This document shows positions 7,385 through 17,386 of a stretch of 64,000 nucleotides of DNA, piece after piece. The DNA is from Actinomycetota bacterium (GTDB lineage Bacteria > Actinomycetota > CADDZG01 > JAHWKV01): assembly GCA_030447305.1 (NCBI GenBank), contig JAUJPC010000001.1:263998-327997 (forward strand). The letters are read 5' to 3'. Made by a program: the position numbers and the translations under genes. The notes beneath the pieces are model-generated. The model had not been told where the DNA came from. It ran no database searches and saw nothing but the letters and a program-made list of their open reading frames with translations. Each line of letters begins with the position of its first letter. Positions within the stretch are counted from its first letter, which is position 1.

Positions 7385-9885
7385 TGCAGGCGAACGTGCT
7401 TCCCGTCCGCAAGTTCGGCGGCCACCGCCTCCCGAATGCGCTCAAGGACGGGATCCAGTTCCTCTTCACTGGTGATGGCGTCGGTAACCAGATCGCTAAC
7501 GCGCACCCAGGCGAGGTGTCCGGCCGCCCGGAGCTCATCGAGTTGATGGGTAGCCTTCTCGGCGCGATTACGTGCGCTATCGATCCGGGTCTCCAGAGTG
7601 ACGGCGTCGATGTCGGAAAGGTCGTCGGGAGGGGCAAGAGCGTCAATGGGCCGGAGAGCTTCGTCGACCGCCACCTGACCGAGGTCACCGTACCGCTCGG
7701 CAATTTTGCTCCGCAGTTCGATGAGAAATATGCGTAGGCGTTCAGCAGCCTCGGAGGCTGCAGCGTTTCGAGAATCCGTGAGTTGATGAGTGATGGTCCC
7801 GATGCGCGCAGCGTGCGCGACGAGGTCACCGGACGCCAGGAGGTCGAGAAGTTCTGCATGTTTGGCGGCCATATCAGCCGTCAGCCCGGCAGGGCTGCGG
7901 GAGGCCTCTCGTTTTGCGGCGCGAAGGTCTTCGAGATGGTTGCCGGTGAACTCATCAAGGCGTGCAGCGCCCTTGCGGCCGGGTACGAGATCGGCCCAGG
8001 TATCGTGAGCCGTTTTCACGACCTCGAGATCATCGTTACTTCCCAATCTCTCGATTATGTCGCGGGTGCGGGCGACGACCGCTGGTACGGGAATGCCGAT
8101 CCCCCCGAGAGCGGATTGGACTCTGATAATGGCTTCCCGGCCCGGGAGGAAGAAGGAGCGAATAGTCCCAGCGAGCACATCTGTGGCGTAGCCGGAAGGC
8201 GCCTGACCGGTGAGGTGTTCTAGTTTCTCCGCGAGGTCAACACGGCGCTCAAGCGGGAAGTCGGTGAGGGCAGGAGGACGAAAAGCAGCCGCACGGAAGC
8301 GTGGCAGAGTGCCGAAGACCTGATCAAGTCGAGCGTCGCTCGGGTTGGCGATGCGCTGGCCTTGGTGGATCACCTCCAGCAATCCAGCCCGGAGGCCTGC
8401 AGCGCAGAGAGCTTGAACGACTTCCACCTGTGCGCCGTAGGGCGGAGCCGCGAAGTGCGATTCAAGATAGGAGCCCGTAGCTTCGTGGCCGTAGGAGGCA
8501 CGGGTGCGAATCTCGGCGGCCAGTGCCGCGAGCGGCCCGCTGTCGGTGACCAGCTCGTATCCACTTGGTGTGACGCGAATGAGGCCAATGCTGCTGTCTC
8601 TAAGAGCCTCGGGAAGCAAACCGAGATTCGTGGTGCGCAGAACGGTCATGACGTCGTCGCGGCGGATGTTGGCAGTGAACTGTTCGAGCTGGGGATAGAT
8701 CTCGTCTAACCGGTCACTGACTAGGCGCTGCGCCGTGGTGCGGAGATCTCCCCCGTCGACACCGTCGACGCGTCCCCGGAAAATGAGCTGGCCTGCTGCG
8801 AGGTCGCGTGCGATGCGTTGGAGGGTGGTGGTCTCAAGCCTTCGCTCGCGTTCGCGCTCTTCGCCGAGCAGTTCAACTTCAGTCGGAGTCTTGTTTGGAG
8901 TGTCCCGGCGCTCGATCATGGTCCGGCTCCGGTGCAACTCAAGCAATGCGTTCCACGTGTCGTTATTGGGCGATAATTCGTAGGTCCAGGTCAGGCGGTT
9001 GGCATTTGCGTTTTCGCGCGATGCAGAGCGCAATTCCTCGCGGCGGGCTGGGTTAGCTTCGTCGATATGCAAAGGCAGGTCGCCGGGCACGACGGTCTCT
9101 CCCTCGACGGAAACATCGATCTTAAATGCCCGTCCCTTGCTGACGGTAAGAGCGCTGAGAGCGCTCTTGATCAAGAGTCGGCGCAGACGAACTGAAGGTC
9201 CCTGGGTGAGGTCGATCGTCCTGCGAGCTTGTTCCCAATCCTTCTGCTCTGGGGACTGCAGTTTGTAGCCGTCATCAGTCTCTCGTAGCCGGTCATCGGC
9301 CATGAGTCGCCCTATTGCCTGAGTGACCTTGTCCCGGAGACTCTCAGCCGTGATGTCCGGGTGCAAGAGCACAGCGATGTTTTCGGCGGTGAGGGGTAGC
9401 GCTGGGACCTCCACGCACAGGGCAACGGCCTTGATGACCTTGGCTTCGAGGCTGTCATAACCGTAACGGTCGGCGACCTGCTCAATTTCGGCTCGCCACG
9501 ATGTGGGGATGAGCTCCTCAAGTAGTTCGTAGGAGCGGTCCAGGGTGACGAGTGAGCCGATATCGTGGATTCCCAGGCCATGCTTGGGGTGAACTATGAG
9601 CTGCTGCGCGTGCTTGATGATTGTTCGACTAGATCCACCGACCGTGGGTGAGGACCCCCCTTGAGCTCGGCGAACGGAGACGGCGTCTATCAGCAACTGG
9701 ATCTGGTAGGGCAGCAGCGGGTACAGGCGAACGAGTTCGTCCTCGGCGGGTTCCTCGCGTTCTCGCATGCGTTGAAGTACATCCAAAGTTTTGTATGACC
9801 TTAGAAAGTAAGTTTGACGGGTTCGAGGACTCCCCGGCCGCAGGACGGCTGGGATGGGCAACTTACGTATCGAAGACTGGTTCAA
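7381..9885 (-). CDS. BrxC/PglY-like protein that lacks the N-terminal P-loop ATPase region (truncated BREX component)
   Basis: This 834-aa protein is rich in charged coiled-coil segments and has an LLPYQ.QLL motif region. An ATGA overlap couples it to pglX. No Walker A motif is present and there is no room upstream, because the Uma2 gene starts at 10060. The family assignment is tentative. Confidence 0.45.
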   Translation of the reverse strand: MNQSSIRKLPIPAVLRPGSPRTRQTYFLRSYKTLDVLQRMREREEPAEDELVRLYPLLPYQIQLLIDAVSVRRAQGGSSPTVGGSSRTIIKHAQQLIVHPKHGLGIHDIGSLVTLDRSYELLEELIPTSWRAEIEQVADRYGYDSLEAKVIKAVALCVEVPALPLTAENIAVLLHPDITAESLRDKVTQAIGRLMADDRLRETDDGYKLQSPEQKDWEQARRTIDLTQGPSVRLRRLLIKSALSALTVSKGRAFKIDVSVEGETVVPGDLPLHIDEANPARREELRSASRENANANRLTWTYELSPNNDTWNALLELHRSRTMIERRDTPNKTPTEVELLGEERERERRLETTTLQRIARDLAAGQLIFRGRVDGVDGGDLRTTAQRLVSDRLDEIYPQLEQFTANIRRDDVMTVLRTTNLGLLPEALRDSSIGLIRVTPSGYELVTDSGPLAALAAEIRTRASYGHEATGSYLESHFAAPPYGAQVEVVQALCAAGLRAGLLEVIHQGQRIANPSDARLDQVFGTLPRFRAAAFRPPALTDFPLERRVDLAEKLEHLTGQAPSGYATDVLAGTIRSFFLPGREAIIRVQSALGGIGIPVPAVVARTRDIIERLGSNDDLEVVKTAHDTWADLVPGRKGAARLDEFTGNHLEDLRAAKREASRSPAGLTADMAAKHAELLDLLASGDLVAHAARIGTITHQLTDSRNAAASEAAERLRIFLIELRSKIAERYGDLGQVAVDEALRPIDALAPPDDLSDIDAVTLETRIDSARNRAEKATHQLDELRAAGHLAWVRVSDLVTDAITSEEELDPVLERIREAVAAELADGKHVRLQ

Positions 9886-10059
9886 GCCGTTCAGGGGCTA
9901 ACCTCTTAGCGGTGCTCAGCCCATCACCCGAAGGCCCAGATCGCCGTTCCGACCCCAGGGCAAGCGATGGAGCTTGGCGGTTCCGGAAGTTCGTGCGGGG
10001 CTAGAATTACCTGTCATAGGCGGTAGCTAGTCTCCATCCATGAGACGAGGAGGTGCCAC

Positions 10060-10623
10060 TTGGCAGTATCGGCAGAGTCCGTTCCCCGGCGCTACACCTA
10101 TCCGGACCTGGCTACGTTCCCGGATGACCATCTGCGCCGGGAGATCATCGACGGGGAGCTGATCGTGAACCCGGCCCCGGTGACCCGGCACCAAAGCGCG
10201 GTTGCCGCGATCCTGGTTGCCCTTTTCAACTACGCAAAGGCGTGCGGCGGCAAGGCCTTGTGCGCTCCTTATGATGTCGTGCTTGCGCTCGACAACGTCG
10301 TTGAGCCCGATGTCCTTTTCATCCGATCCGAGCATCTGGACCGCCTAGGCGCCAAGTATCTGGAAGGTCCGCCCGACCTGGTGGTGGAGATATCGTCGCC
10401 CTCCACCCGGCGGCTTGAGCTAGTCCGCAAGCGCGAGCTCTACCAGCGGTTCGGGGTCCCCGAGTACTGGTACGTTGACCTGGAGCTGGACCGGGTTGAG
10501 GTGTACGTCTTAGAGGAGGACGGCTACCCGGCGCCGGGCATCAAATACCCCGGAGAGGCGTTGGAGACGGCCGGTCTGCCCGGGCTATCGGTGCCGGTTA
10601 CCGAAGCCCTGGGAGTTGATTGA
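10060..10623 (+). CDS. Uma2 family (DUF820) restriction-endonuclease-like protein
   Basis: It has the conserved Y.Y.D...FPDD...ELIDGEL N-terminus and the PD-(D/E)xK-like core (DV.F......ELVVEI.SPST...D...K...Y...GV.EYW.VD). Confidence 0.85.
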   Translation: MAVSAESVPRRYTYPDLATFPDDHLRREIIDGELIVNPAPVTRHQSAVAAILVALFNYAKACGGKALCAPYDVVLALDNVVEPDVLFIRSEHLDRLGAKYLEGPPDLVVEISSPSTRRLELVRKRELYQRFGVPEYWYVDLELDRVEVYVLEEDGYPAPGIKYPGEALETAGLPGLSVPVTEALGVD

Positions 10624-10701
10624 TATCGCGGAGCCGATCGTGAACCACCGGCCCGGTTTGCCACCGCACCGGCAACCCATGATCCGAAATTCAAAACCGG
10701 T

Positions 10702-11352
10702 TTGTCCGGAACCAGGCCGCTCTTACGGGCCGTAAACTGTCATACGCAGCTCCTACCATCACCGGATGCTGACGGGAGGTACGCGATGGCACTTTCGGCT
10801 GACCCGGACGTTCGGCCGTACACCTACGCCGACTTGGAGTCCTTTCCCGACGACCACCTGCGTCGCGAGATCATCGACGGCGTTCTGATGGTGAATCGTT
10901 CCCCCGTACCAAGGCATCAGAAAGCCGTCCTGAACATCTGCTTCCATCGGGAGGCCTAAGCCCGCCGGTCCGGGGGTCATGCATTCCCTGCGCCGCTGGA
11001 TGTCTACTTCGCCGCCGACAACGTGGTTGAACCAGACGTGCTCTTTATCCGGGCCGATCACGCGGAACGCATCGGGTCCCAGCACGTTACAGGTGCTCCT
11101 GATGTTGTTGTGGAAGTCTCGTCCCCGTCCACCCGGCACCTGGAACTGGTGCTCAAGCGGGAGCTTTACCAGCGCTACGGCGTTCCCGAGTACTGGTATG
11201 TCGATCTGGAAGCCGAGAGAATGGAGATATACCGCCGGGAGGGAGAGGCTTACGCGGCTCCGGTGATGAGATATCCGGGCCAGGCGCTCGAGTCGGCCGA
11301 ACTTACCGGATTTACCATGCCGGTTGAGGAAGCTCTAGGGATGGAGCTCTAA
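10702..11352 (+). pseudogene. Uma2 family endonuclease, disrupted; the N- and C-terminal parts lie in different frames
   Basis: ORF 10702..10959 carries the Uma2 N-terminus and ORF 11023..11352 the Uma2 C-terminus. Frame breaks and a stop lie between them. Confidence 0.65.
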
Positions 11353-11428
11353 AGCGGGACAACTCCATGAATTTCCCATACCAAGCTTCGACGCTTGCGA
11401 CTTAACGACGTCCTCTAACCCGGGCTGA

Positions 11429-12320
11429 TCAAGTCAGGTCTTCAGCCTGAGCCCAATCCTCTAAGAGGGGCAGGTCGGCGATCGATCCGAGTTGGCAGGC
11501 GCCAGCGTTCTGGAAGTCCGGAAAGCTCTGCATGTGGATCTGCAGAGATCGAAACTCCTTCCGCTTGCGGCGGACTTCAGTTCTGATCCTTTCTCGCATC
11601 CAGGGAAAAGCCGTCGCACGGTCGTAAGCACCGAGCAAGTACAGCAGAAGCGGAGGACGGTCGACCCGAAGCCAGCGGACATCCTGACTTGCCAGGCCGA
11701 GCGCTGCCTTTTGTTCGTAGACGTGCGGATAGGTAGCCGCAATCCCCGGGTTGTTGGCCATAAGGCCTTGATACCGGAGAAGTTGCTCGAACACTTCGCC
11801 GGAGGTCTCGACGTTCGACAGGGCTTGAGTCCGGTTAGAACGAGCCGCTCGTTTTCGATGTCGTACAAGAGTAGGTCTAGCCGCATCTTCCACCCGGGCT
11901 GGACAACCTGCCGGTCAAGCACGATGACCTTCGAGTCCGGGGACCGGTTGTCTCTCACAATGTTGGATTCAAGCTGCCTCTCACTTGCCGTCGACTGGTC
12001 GGCCCGTTGCGCCTTCACCCACTCGATTCCGGCTTCCACATCGGCGGGATAAAGATTGTCGAGGGAAACCCAGGGGCTTGTCCAAGGGCTCGGTCGCGGG
12101 TTCCTCTCTTTGCGGATCCCAATCTGATCCTGGCCGGACCGAGGCCGATTTGGAACACCGAAGAGCCCGCAAAGTAAACGTCGACGTAGGTTCCGCGCAG
12201 TTGAAGGTCGAGATCATCCCCGGCCCGAACCAACTCCAGGATCCTTCGGGTCACCGGATGCGTTAGGAGTAGGTCGACTGATTCACTCTTGAGACGGCGA
12301 CGAGATTCTGTGGGTGCCAT
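11429..12320 (-). pseudogene. decayed gene of unknown function (three overlapping minus-strand ORF pieces in different frames)
   Basis: ORFs 12320..12015, 12039..11461 and 11893..11429 tile the region with frame switches. No family was recognised. Confidence 0.3.
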
Positions 12321-12336
12321 CGTCCCTGCCGGTCGC

Positions 12337-12522
12337 CTATCCGATCCGGGTGTAGGTCAGATCGAAGTCCTTGGGAGCGTCGGGATGGTCCACCTCGGTG
12401 CGCTGCAGAAGAAACCGACTGTCCAGAGCCCACTCGAACACGGACCGGCCTGGCCCGCCGAACGCCTCGAGCCTCCAGTCGCCGACGAACGGCGCAAGGT
12501 CTTCCATCGCAGCTTCGGTCAT
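12337..12522 (-). CDS. small hypothetical protein, possibly a fragment of a lipocalin-like/DUF1579-type protein
   Basis: Residues 8-68 (MTEAAMEDLAPFVGDWRLEAF...) of ORF 12337..12543, starting at the internal Met. The motif pattern resembles small beta-barrel proteins, but the ORF ends early. Confidence 0.25.
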   Translation of the reverse strand: MTEAAMEDLAPFVGDWRLEAFGGPGRSVFEWALDSRFLLQRTEVDHPDAPKDFDLTYTRIG

Positions 12523-12549
12523 CGGGTTCCTCCGCCTTCGCACTGGGTT

Positions 12550-14103
12550 CTACCTCGAAACTGGTACCTTCGGCTTGCGTCTCTTCTTTGCCAGCTTGCG
12601 CCACTCGGCCGCCTTGCTCTGTGCGGTCCTCGTGTGGGGGTGCGTGGCGCCGAGGATACGAGCGCTATCGGCGGCGATGCTCTCTTGCAGTGCGGCGGCC
12701 CGGCCCACGTCGCCCCCCACATGGTAGTAAGCCGCAATGTTGCTTCGGGTAGTGAGCACTCCGGGGTCGTCCGGACCCAAAGCACGTTTTAACCGCTCCA
12801 GGATCTCCTGCTCCCGGACCAGCATGCTGCGAAGCGGTTCGGGAATCGATTCGGGAACGGGTTCTGGCTCCGCAGCCTGCTCCACCGTCGGTTCCTGAGG
12901 CGGCTGCATCAGCTCAACGGGTTCCCCAGCCGGTTCCGCTTCCAGTTCCGCCTTCGCGGTGGCGGGTTCGGAAGCCGGTTGCTCCGCTACCGCCGGCTCG
13001 GGAGCGACCTCCTCCACCAAGGCCGGTTGGGGAGTGACCTCGTCCACCACCGGCGGCTCGGGAGAGGTCTTGGTCACCTCCGGCTCGGCCACCTCCGGCT
13101 CGTGAGTTACCTCGTCCACCAGGGCCGGCTCGTCCACCACGGCCGGCTGGCGAGCGACCTCCTGCTCCACCGCCGGCTTGGGAGCAGCCTCGTCCACCAC
13201 CACCACCGGCTCGGGAGCAGCCTCGTCCACCACCACCGGCTCGGGAGCGGCTTTCTCTTCCAGGGCCGGCTGGGGAGTGACCTCGTCCACCACCGCCGGC
13301 TTGGGAGCAGCCTCGTCCACCACCACCGGCTCGGGAGTTACCTCGTCCACCAGGGCCGGCTGGACAGCGACCTCGTCCACCAGGGCCGCCTGGGGAGTGG
13401 CTTCCTCTTCCGGGGCCGGTTCCTGTAAGGGTACGGACGCCGCGGGCTCGGTGACCGGTTCGGTGGCAACCTGCACCGGGTCCGGCCGCTCCTCAGGCCC
13501 CCTGATCCGCTCGACTGAATCAACGTTGGCTCCGGGGCCCAGGGTTGCCGGCTGGGGTGCCTTTTCTTCCGCTCCTTTGGTCTCTAGGTTCTCGGAAACA
13601 ACCTCCGATTCCGGCGTTGGCACCAGCTTTGGCTTCGGACGCGGGGGTGAAATCACCCAGGCAACGGCCGCCAGGAGAGCCAATCCCACGATCGGCACGC
13701 CGATGGAGCGCGCAGTGTAGGGCGGGGGCAACCCGTCCCGATATCCGAGCAGCCCGAACCGGCTCACCAAAAGGAGCATCGCGGTGGTGAGTGCCAGGTA
13801 GAGGGCTCCCGCCAGAATCAAGCCAAGTGTGGCGAAGCGAACCACGGCCAGCGCCAGCAGGATCCCTACGATGCCGAGCAGGACGAGGATTTGTCCTATG
13901 GGCTCGACCTCCCGATAGCTGTCGGACCACAGCAGCAGGTGGATAACGCTGGACGTGATCAGCAGAGCGCCGCCGCCCATCAGCGCGACTTCTTCCAGCT
14001 GGCATCGGAGTGGTGAACTATCTGGAGACATCCGCCTTGCCATCAGGTTGGCGGATTCACCGGAGCCCGATGGGGGGGAGATCTCGGGAGTGGACTCTGA
14101 CAT
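12550..14103 (-). CDS. membrane-anchored Pro/Glu/Val-rich repeat protein with C-terminal TPR-like helical domain
   Basis: It has N-terminal transmembrane helices, a central region of about 150 aa of 11-aa repeats (VVDEAAPKPA / VVDEVTPQPAL) and a C-terminus resembling kinesin-light-chain-type TPR. Confidence 0.6.
   Translation of the reverse strand: MSESTPEISPPSGSGESANLMARRMSPDSSPLRCQLEEVALMGGGALLITSSVIHLLLWSDSYREVEPIGQILVLLGIVGILLALAVVRFATLGLILAGALYLALTTAMLLLVSRFGLLGYRDGLPPPYTARSIGVPIVGLALLAAVAWVISPPRPKPKLVPTPESEVVSENLETKGAEEKAPQPATLGPGANVDSVERIRGPEERPDPVQVATEPVTEPAASVPLQEPAPEEEATPQAALVDEVAVQPALVDEVTPEPVVVDEAAPKPAVVDEVTPQPALEEKAAPEPVVVDEAAPEPVVVVDEAAPKPAVEQEVARQPAVVDEPALVDEVTHEPEVAEPEVTKTSPEPPVVDEVTPQPALVEEVAPEPAVAEQPASEPATAKAELEAEPAGEPVELMQPPQEPTVEQAAEPEPVPESIPEPLRSMLVREQEILERLKRALGPDDPGVLTTRSNIAAYYHVGGDVGRAAALQESIAADSARILGATHPHTRTAQSKAAEWRKLAKKRRKPKVPVSR
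12960..13450. repeat. intragenic tandem repeat of about 33 nt (about 14 units) encoding the PxxVVDE repeats
   Basis: Directly visible near-identical units such as gacctcgtccaccaccgccggcttgggagcagc. Confidence 0.55.
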
Positions 14104-14362
14104 CAGCTGTCCTTCCGGTCGGAGTTCTTTGGAGTACTGGTCGGAGCCGGGAGCGAGCGGCTTCGAAATACCACTATGAGCGGTCGATGCTCACACGTCC
14201 ACCGCTTCGGTCGCCGTTGCTTGGCTCTGACCAGCGAAGGGTCGCCGGCCCGAGCGGTAGCCGGTCGAGAGTTCCTCGGAGATCAGTACACATTCGACGC
14301 AAGCAAGAAATTGGTCGGCAGCGCCTTGTGAGTGGAGCTCCGCCCTGTGCCATTCTTCACAG

Positions 14363-16609
14363 ATGACCGAACCGGTTCGGCTGCCCCGGCATCTGTCGAG
14401 CTTCGTCGGGCGGCGCAGTGAGATTGCCGATCTGTCGAAGCTGCTGGGGACTCACCGGCTGGTGACGATCGTTGGACCCGGTGGGGCCGGCAAGACCCGG
14501 CTCGCCACCGAGCTGGGGTGGAAGCTGCAGAGCCGGTTCGCCGGCGGGGCGATCTTCGTCGACCTGGCCCCGGTGCAACTTGCCGGGATGGTGCCGGCCC
14601 GCATTGCCGCCGCCAGCGGCGTCGCAGAGCGCGCTGGGCGGTCCCTTCTGGACGACATCGCCGCCCGCCTGAGGGATGGCGCCCGTTTGCTCATCCTGGA
14701 CAACTGCGAGCACCTGATCCACGAGGTGGCGGTAGTCACCCAGCACCTGCTCCAGGAGTGCGGGAACCTAAAGATCCTGGCGACCAGCCGCCAGCCCCTC
14801 GAGTGCCCCGGCGAGTTCGTCTGGCGCATTCCACCGCTCAGCCTTCCCGACTCAGCCGATGGGGAGGCTCTCGACAAGTTCGACGCCCTGCGGCTCTTCG
14901 CCGAACGAGCCGGCGCTCGCAAGGCCGGCTACGAGTTATCCGACCGCTCCGCCCCCACGGTGGCTGAGATATGCCGCCGGTTGGACGGGATGCCGCTGGC
15001 CATCGAGCTTGCCTCGTCCTGGGTGGGCATCCTGGGTGTGGGCGAGATCCTCGACCGGGTCACCAGGGACCTGTCGCTGCTGGAGGCCAGGGGATCGGCG
15101 ATCCCCGAACGGCATCGGACGATCGCTGCCGCCATCGAGTGGAGCTACAACCTCCTGGACGATCAGGCACGGGAGGTGTTCGCCCGCTTGGGGGCCTTCG
15201 CCGGGAGCTTCGACCTTACTGCGGCCGAAGCGGTGGCCGGGGAACCACAGGCGTTGGGGGCCATATCAACGCTTGTTTCCCACTCCCTGGTGACCGCCGA
15301 GACCGATCCTCAGGGTCCCACACGCTACCGGCTTCTGGAAACGGTAAGGCAGTTCACGGTCGCCAAGCTCGAAAACGATCCGGCAAGCGACGAGGTCCGT
15401 CGCCGCCACGCCGGCTATTTCCTGACGATGGCGGAGGAGGCCGAGTCTGTCCGCGACACGCCGGAAGCGGTCGGCTGGATGAAGAGACTGACGGCTGAGG
15501 TCGACAACCTGAGGGCCGCCCAGGACTGGCTCATCAACAACGATCCCGACCGGGGGGTTCAGCTTGCCGGCGCCCTCGGTTGGTTCTGGGAGGCGACCAG
15601 CGTGACCGAGGGAAGCGCCTGGTTGAACCGGGCTCTGGGCGCCTCGACGACCTCCGATTGGTTCCGGGCTCGGGCGTGCGACTGGGCGGGCTGGATGCAG
15701 ATCGACCTCGGGAACTTCGAGGCGGCGCAGGCTCCGCTGCGGGAAGGTCTTGAGATTTCCCAGGCCATAGGAGACAAGGCGGGAGTTGCCCGCGCCTTGA
15801 CCGGGCTTGCCCCCATGAGGCGAATGGCGGGCCAGACGGAGGAGTCACGCCGTCTGGTCGAGCAGGCGCTGGTACTTGCCCGGGAGGCGGGCGACACCCG
15901 AATAGAGGGTGGCGCGCTCACCACCCTCGGAGCATTGAGCCTGGACGACGGCGAGCCGGAGCGGTCGGCCGCGTTCCTGGAGCAGGCCAAAGACGTGTTC
16001 CGGACCTCGGGGAATCTCAGCGGTTACGGGATGTCGTCCCTGTTCTACGGAGTGGCAAAGAGCCGGGCTGGAGACCCCGAGAGTGCGGTTGCTTTCCTGC
16101 ATGAGGCCCTGCGTGCGTTCGAGAGCCTTGCTTTTCCGGGAGGAACCGCGTTGGTCCTGGAGGTCCTTGCGATGGTTGACGACCACCTGAATATGCCGCA
16201 GCGGGTCAGGCTGTCGGCTGCCGGGCAGGCGTTCATCGACCGGGTGGACATGGGCAGGCCTCCGTTTTGGGCGGCAGAACTTCGCCGGTGGCGGGAGTCG
16301 GCGCAGCACCAGCTCGGGGTTCGATGGGAGCAGGTTTGGGGCCAGGGGAGCTCCCTCACGCTGGAGCAGGCGATGCAGATAGCCAAGGGCGAAGCCGGTC
16401 ACCCGATCCAACCGGAGGGCTGGGACCGGCTGAGCAGGCGGGAGAGGGAGGTGGCAACCCTGATCGCCGAGGGCCTGAGCAACGCCGAGATCGCCGAACG
16501 GCTGTTCATATCGGAGCGAACCGCCGAAAGCCACGTGGGATCGATCCTGTCCCGGATGGGCTTTCGCTCCCGGACCCAGGTGGCTGCCTGGATTGGCCGG
16601 CCGGAATGA
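14363..16609 (+). CDS. LuxR-family transcriptional regulator with N-terminal STAND/AAA ATPase and central TPR-like region
   Basis: Walker A (GPGGAGKTRLA) and Walker B (LLILDNCEH) are present. The C-terminal LuxR HTH reads EREVATLIAEGLSNAEIAERLFISERTAESHV. Confidence 0.85.
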   Translation: MTEPVRLPRHLSSFVGRRSEIADLSKLLGTHRLVTIVGPGGAGKTRLATELGWKLQSRFAGGAIFVDLAPVQLAGMVPARIAAASGVAERAGRSLLDDIAARLRDGARLLILDNCEHLIHEVAVVTQHLLQECGNLKILATSRQPLECPGEFVWRIPPLSLPDSADGEALDKFDALRLFAERAGARKAGYELSDRSAPTVAEICRRLDGMPLAIELASSWVGILGVGEILDRVTRDLSLLEARGSAIPERHRTIAAAIEWSYNLLDDQAREVFARLGAFAGSFDLTAAEAVAGEPQALGAISTLVSHSLVTAETDPQGPTRYRLLETVRQFTVAKLENDPASDEVRRRHAGYFLTMAEEAESVRDTPEAVGWMKRLTAEVDNLRAAQDWLINNDPDRGVQLAGALGWFWEATSVTEGSAWLNRALGASTTSDWFRARACDWAGWMQIDLGNFEAAQAPLREGLEISQAIGDKAGVARALTGLAPMRRMAGQTEESRRLVEQALVLAREAGDTRIEGGALTTLGALSLDDGEPERSAAFLEQAKDVFRTSGNLSGYGMSSLFYGVAKSRAGDPESAVAFLHEALRAFESLAFPGGTALVLEVLAMVDDHLNMPQRVRLSAAGQAFIDRVDMGRPPFWAAELRRWRESAQHQLGVRWEQVWGQGSSLTLEQAMQIAKGEAGHPIQPEGWDRLSRREREVATLIAEGLSNAEIAERLFISERTAESHVGSILSRMGFRSRTQVAAWIGRPE

Positions 16610-16861
16610 ATCAGTACCGTACCCGCCGGCTTTCCGTACTACCCACGATGCTTGACGCCTGGGCGGAATCCTAGTCTGACCTCCGAGCGCACCGAGATGG
16701 CGGTGCACCGAAAAGGGGGGTTGGAAATGGTCCGGTCGACTCGAATTCTTCGGTGGTTAGGAAGGGGCATACTGAGGTTGCTGGAGACCCCCACGCCGAG
16801 CCCCTGGTTGTGGACGGGGTTCCCCCACTACCCGTACCTGGAAAAGAGGGACGACCGATGA

Positions 16862-17131
16862 TCCTGCTGGAGGCTCTCGAAATCCCGATGATCTCCTACG
16901 GGGATGCCCGCATCCGGCTCCAGCCCAGCCCGAAGCGGGTGCGAGCCTACGTCGCAGGCTTCCGGTGATCGACAGCAAGCATGCACTATTGATGTTCGAA
17001 TGGGGCCACCTGCCCGTCTTACAAGGAGCGGGTCCAGGTCTACGTCGACGGGACCGAGGTTTCACGCCGAAGATACCCTGGCCGGAATGATGACCCGGGC
17101 CGAGTGCCGGGCCAGCTATCGGGAATGGTAG
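16862..17131 (+). pseudogene. DUF427-domain gene remnant (multiple frameshifts)
   Basis: Pieces SPKRVRAYVAG and ALLMFEWGHLPV lie in different frames, and a C-terminal ASYREW-like end is present. Confidence 0.35.
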
Positions 17132-17140
17132 AATTCTACC

Positions 17141-17386
17141 ATGAAAACTACCATTGATGCCGCCGGCCGGCTGGTTATTCCAAAGTCGCTACGCAACGAA
17201 TTAAAGCTCAGCGCGGGCACCGAGTTGGAGTTGCGGGTTCGGGGCGGCATCCTCGAGCTCGAGCCGGTGAGCATTCCGATGCGCCTGATACGCAAGGGAA
17301 AGGGGTTGGTTGCAACCTCGGAGGAGCCTCTGCCCGCCCTGGGGCCGGATGACGTGAGTGCGGCCATCGAATCCCAGCGGCGTTGA
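17141..17386 (+). CDS. AbrB/MazE/SpoVT-family antitoxin (VapB-like)
   Basis: The N-terminal swapped-hairpin motif IDAAGRLVIPK is present and the gene is translationally coupled to a PIN toxin. Confidence 0.7.
   Translation: MKTTIDAAGRLVIPKSLRNELKLSAGTELELRVRGGILELEPVSIPMRLIRKGKGLVATSEEPLPALGPDDVSAAIESQRR

Noticed and set aside
7381-9885. Possibility that the 834-aa protein is a PglW-type kinase (type 2 Pgl/BREX)
   Set aside because: No protein-kinase catalytic motifs (HRD, DFG or glycine loop) are visible anywhere in the sequence.
10027-10335. 102-aa ORF antisense to the first Uma2 gene, considered as a possible missing BrxC N-terminus
   Set aside because: It has no ATPase motifs and is antisense to a well-supported gene, so the BrxC-like protein is genuinely 5'-truncated.
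12960-13450. Repeat array considered as a CRISPR
   Set aside because: It consists of contiguous 33-nt coding repeats without unique spacers, entirely inside an ORF with a periodic protein product. No cas genes are present.
16610-16760. Direct ccgtac repeats and a gccggc palindrome after the LuxR gene as a possible terminator
   Set aside because: No convincing stem of at least 6 bp with a loop could be formed.
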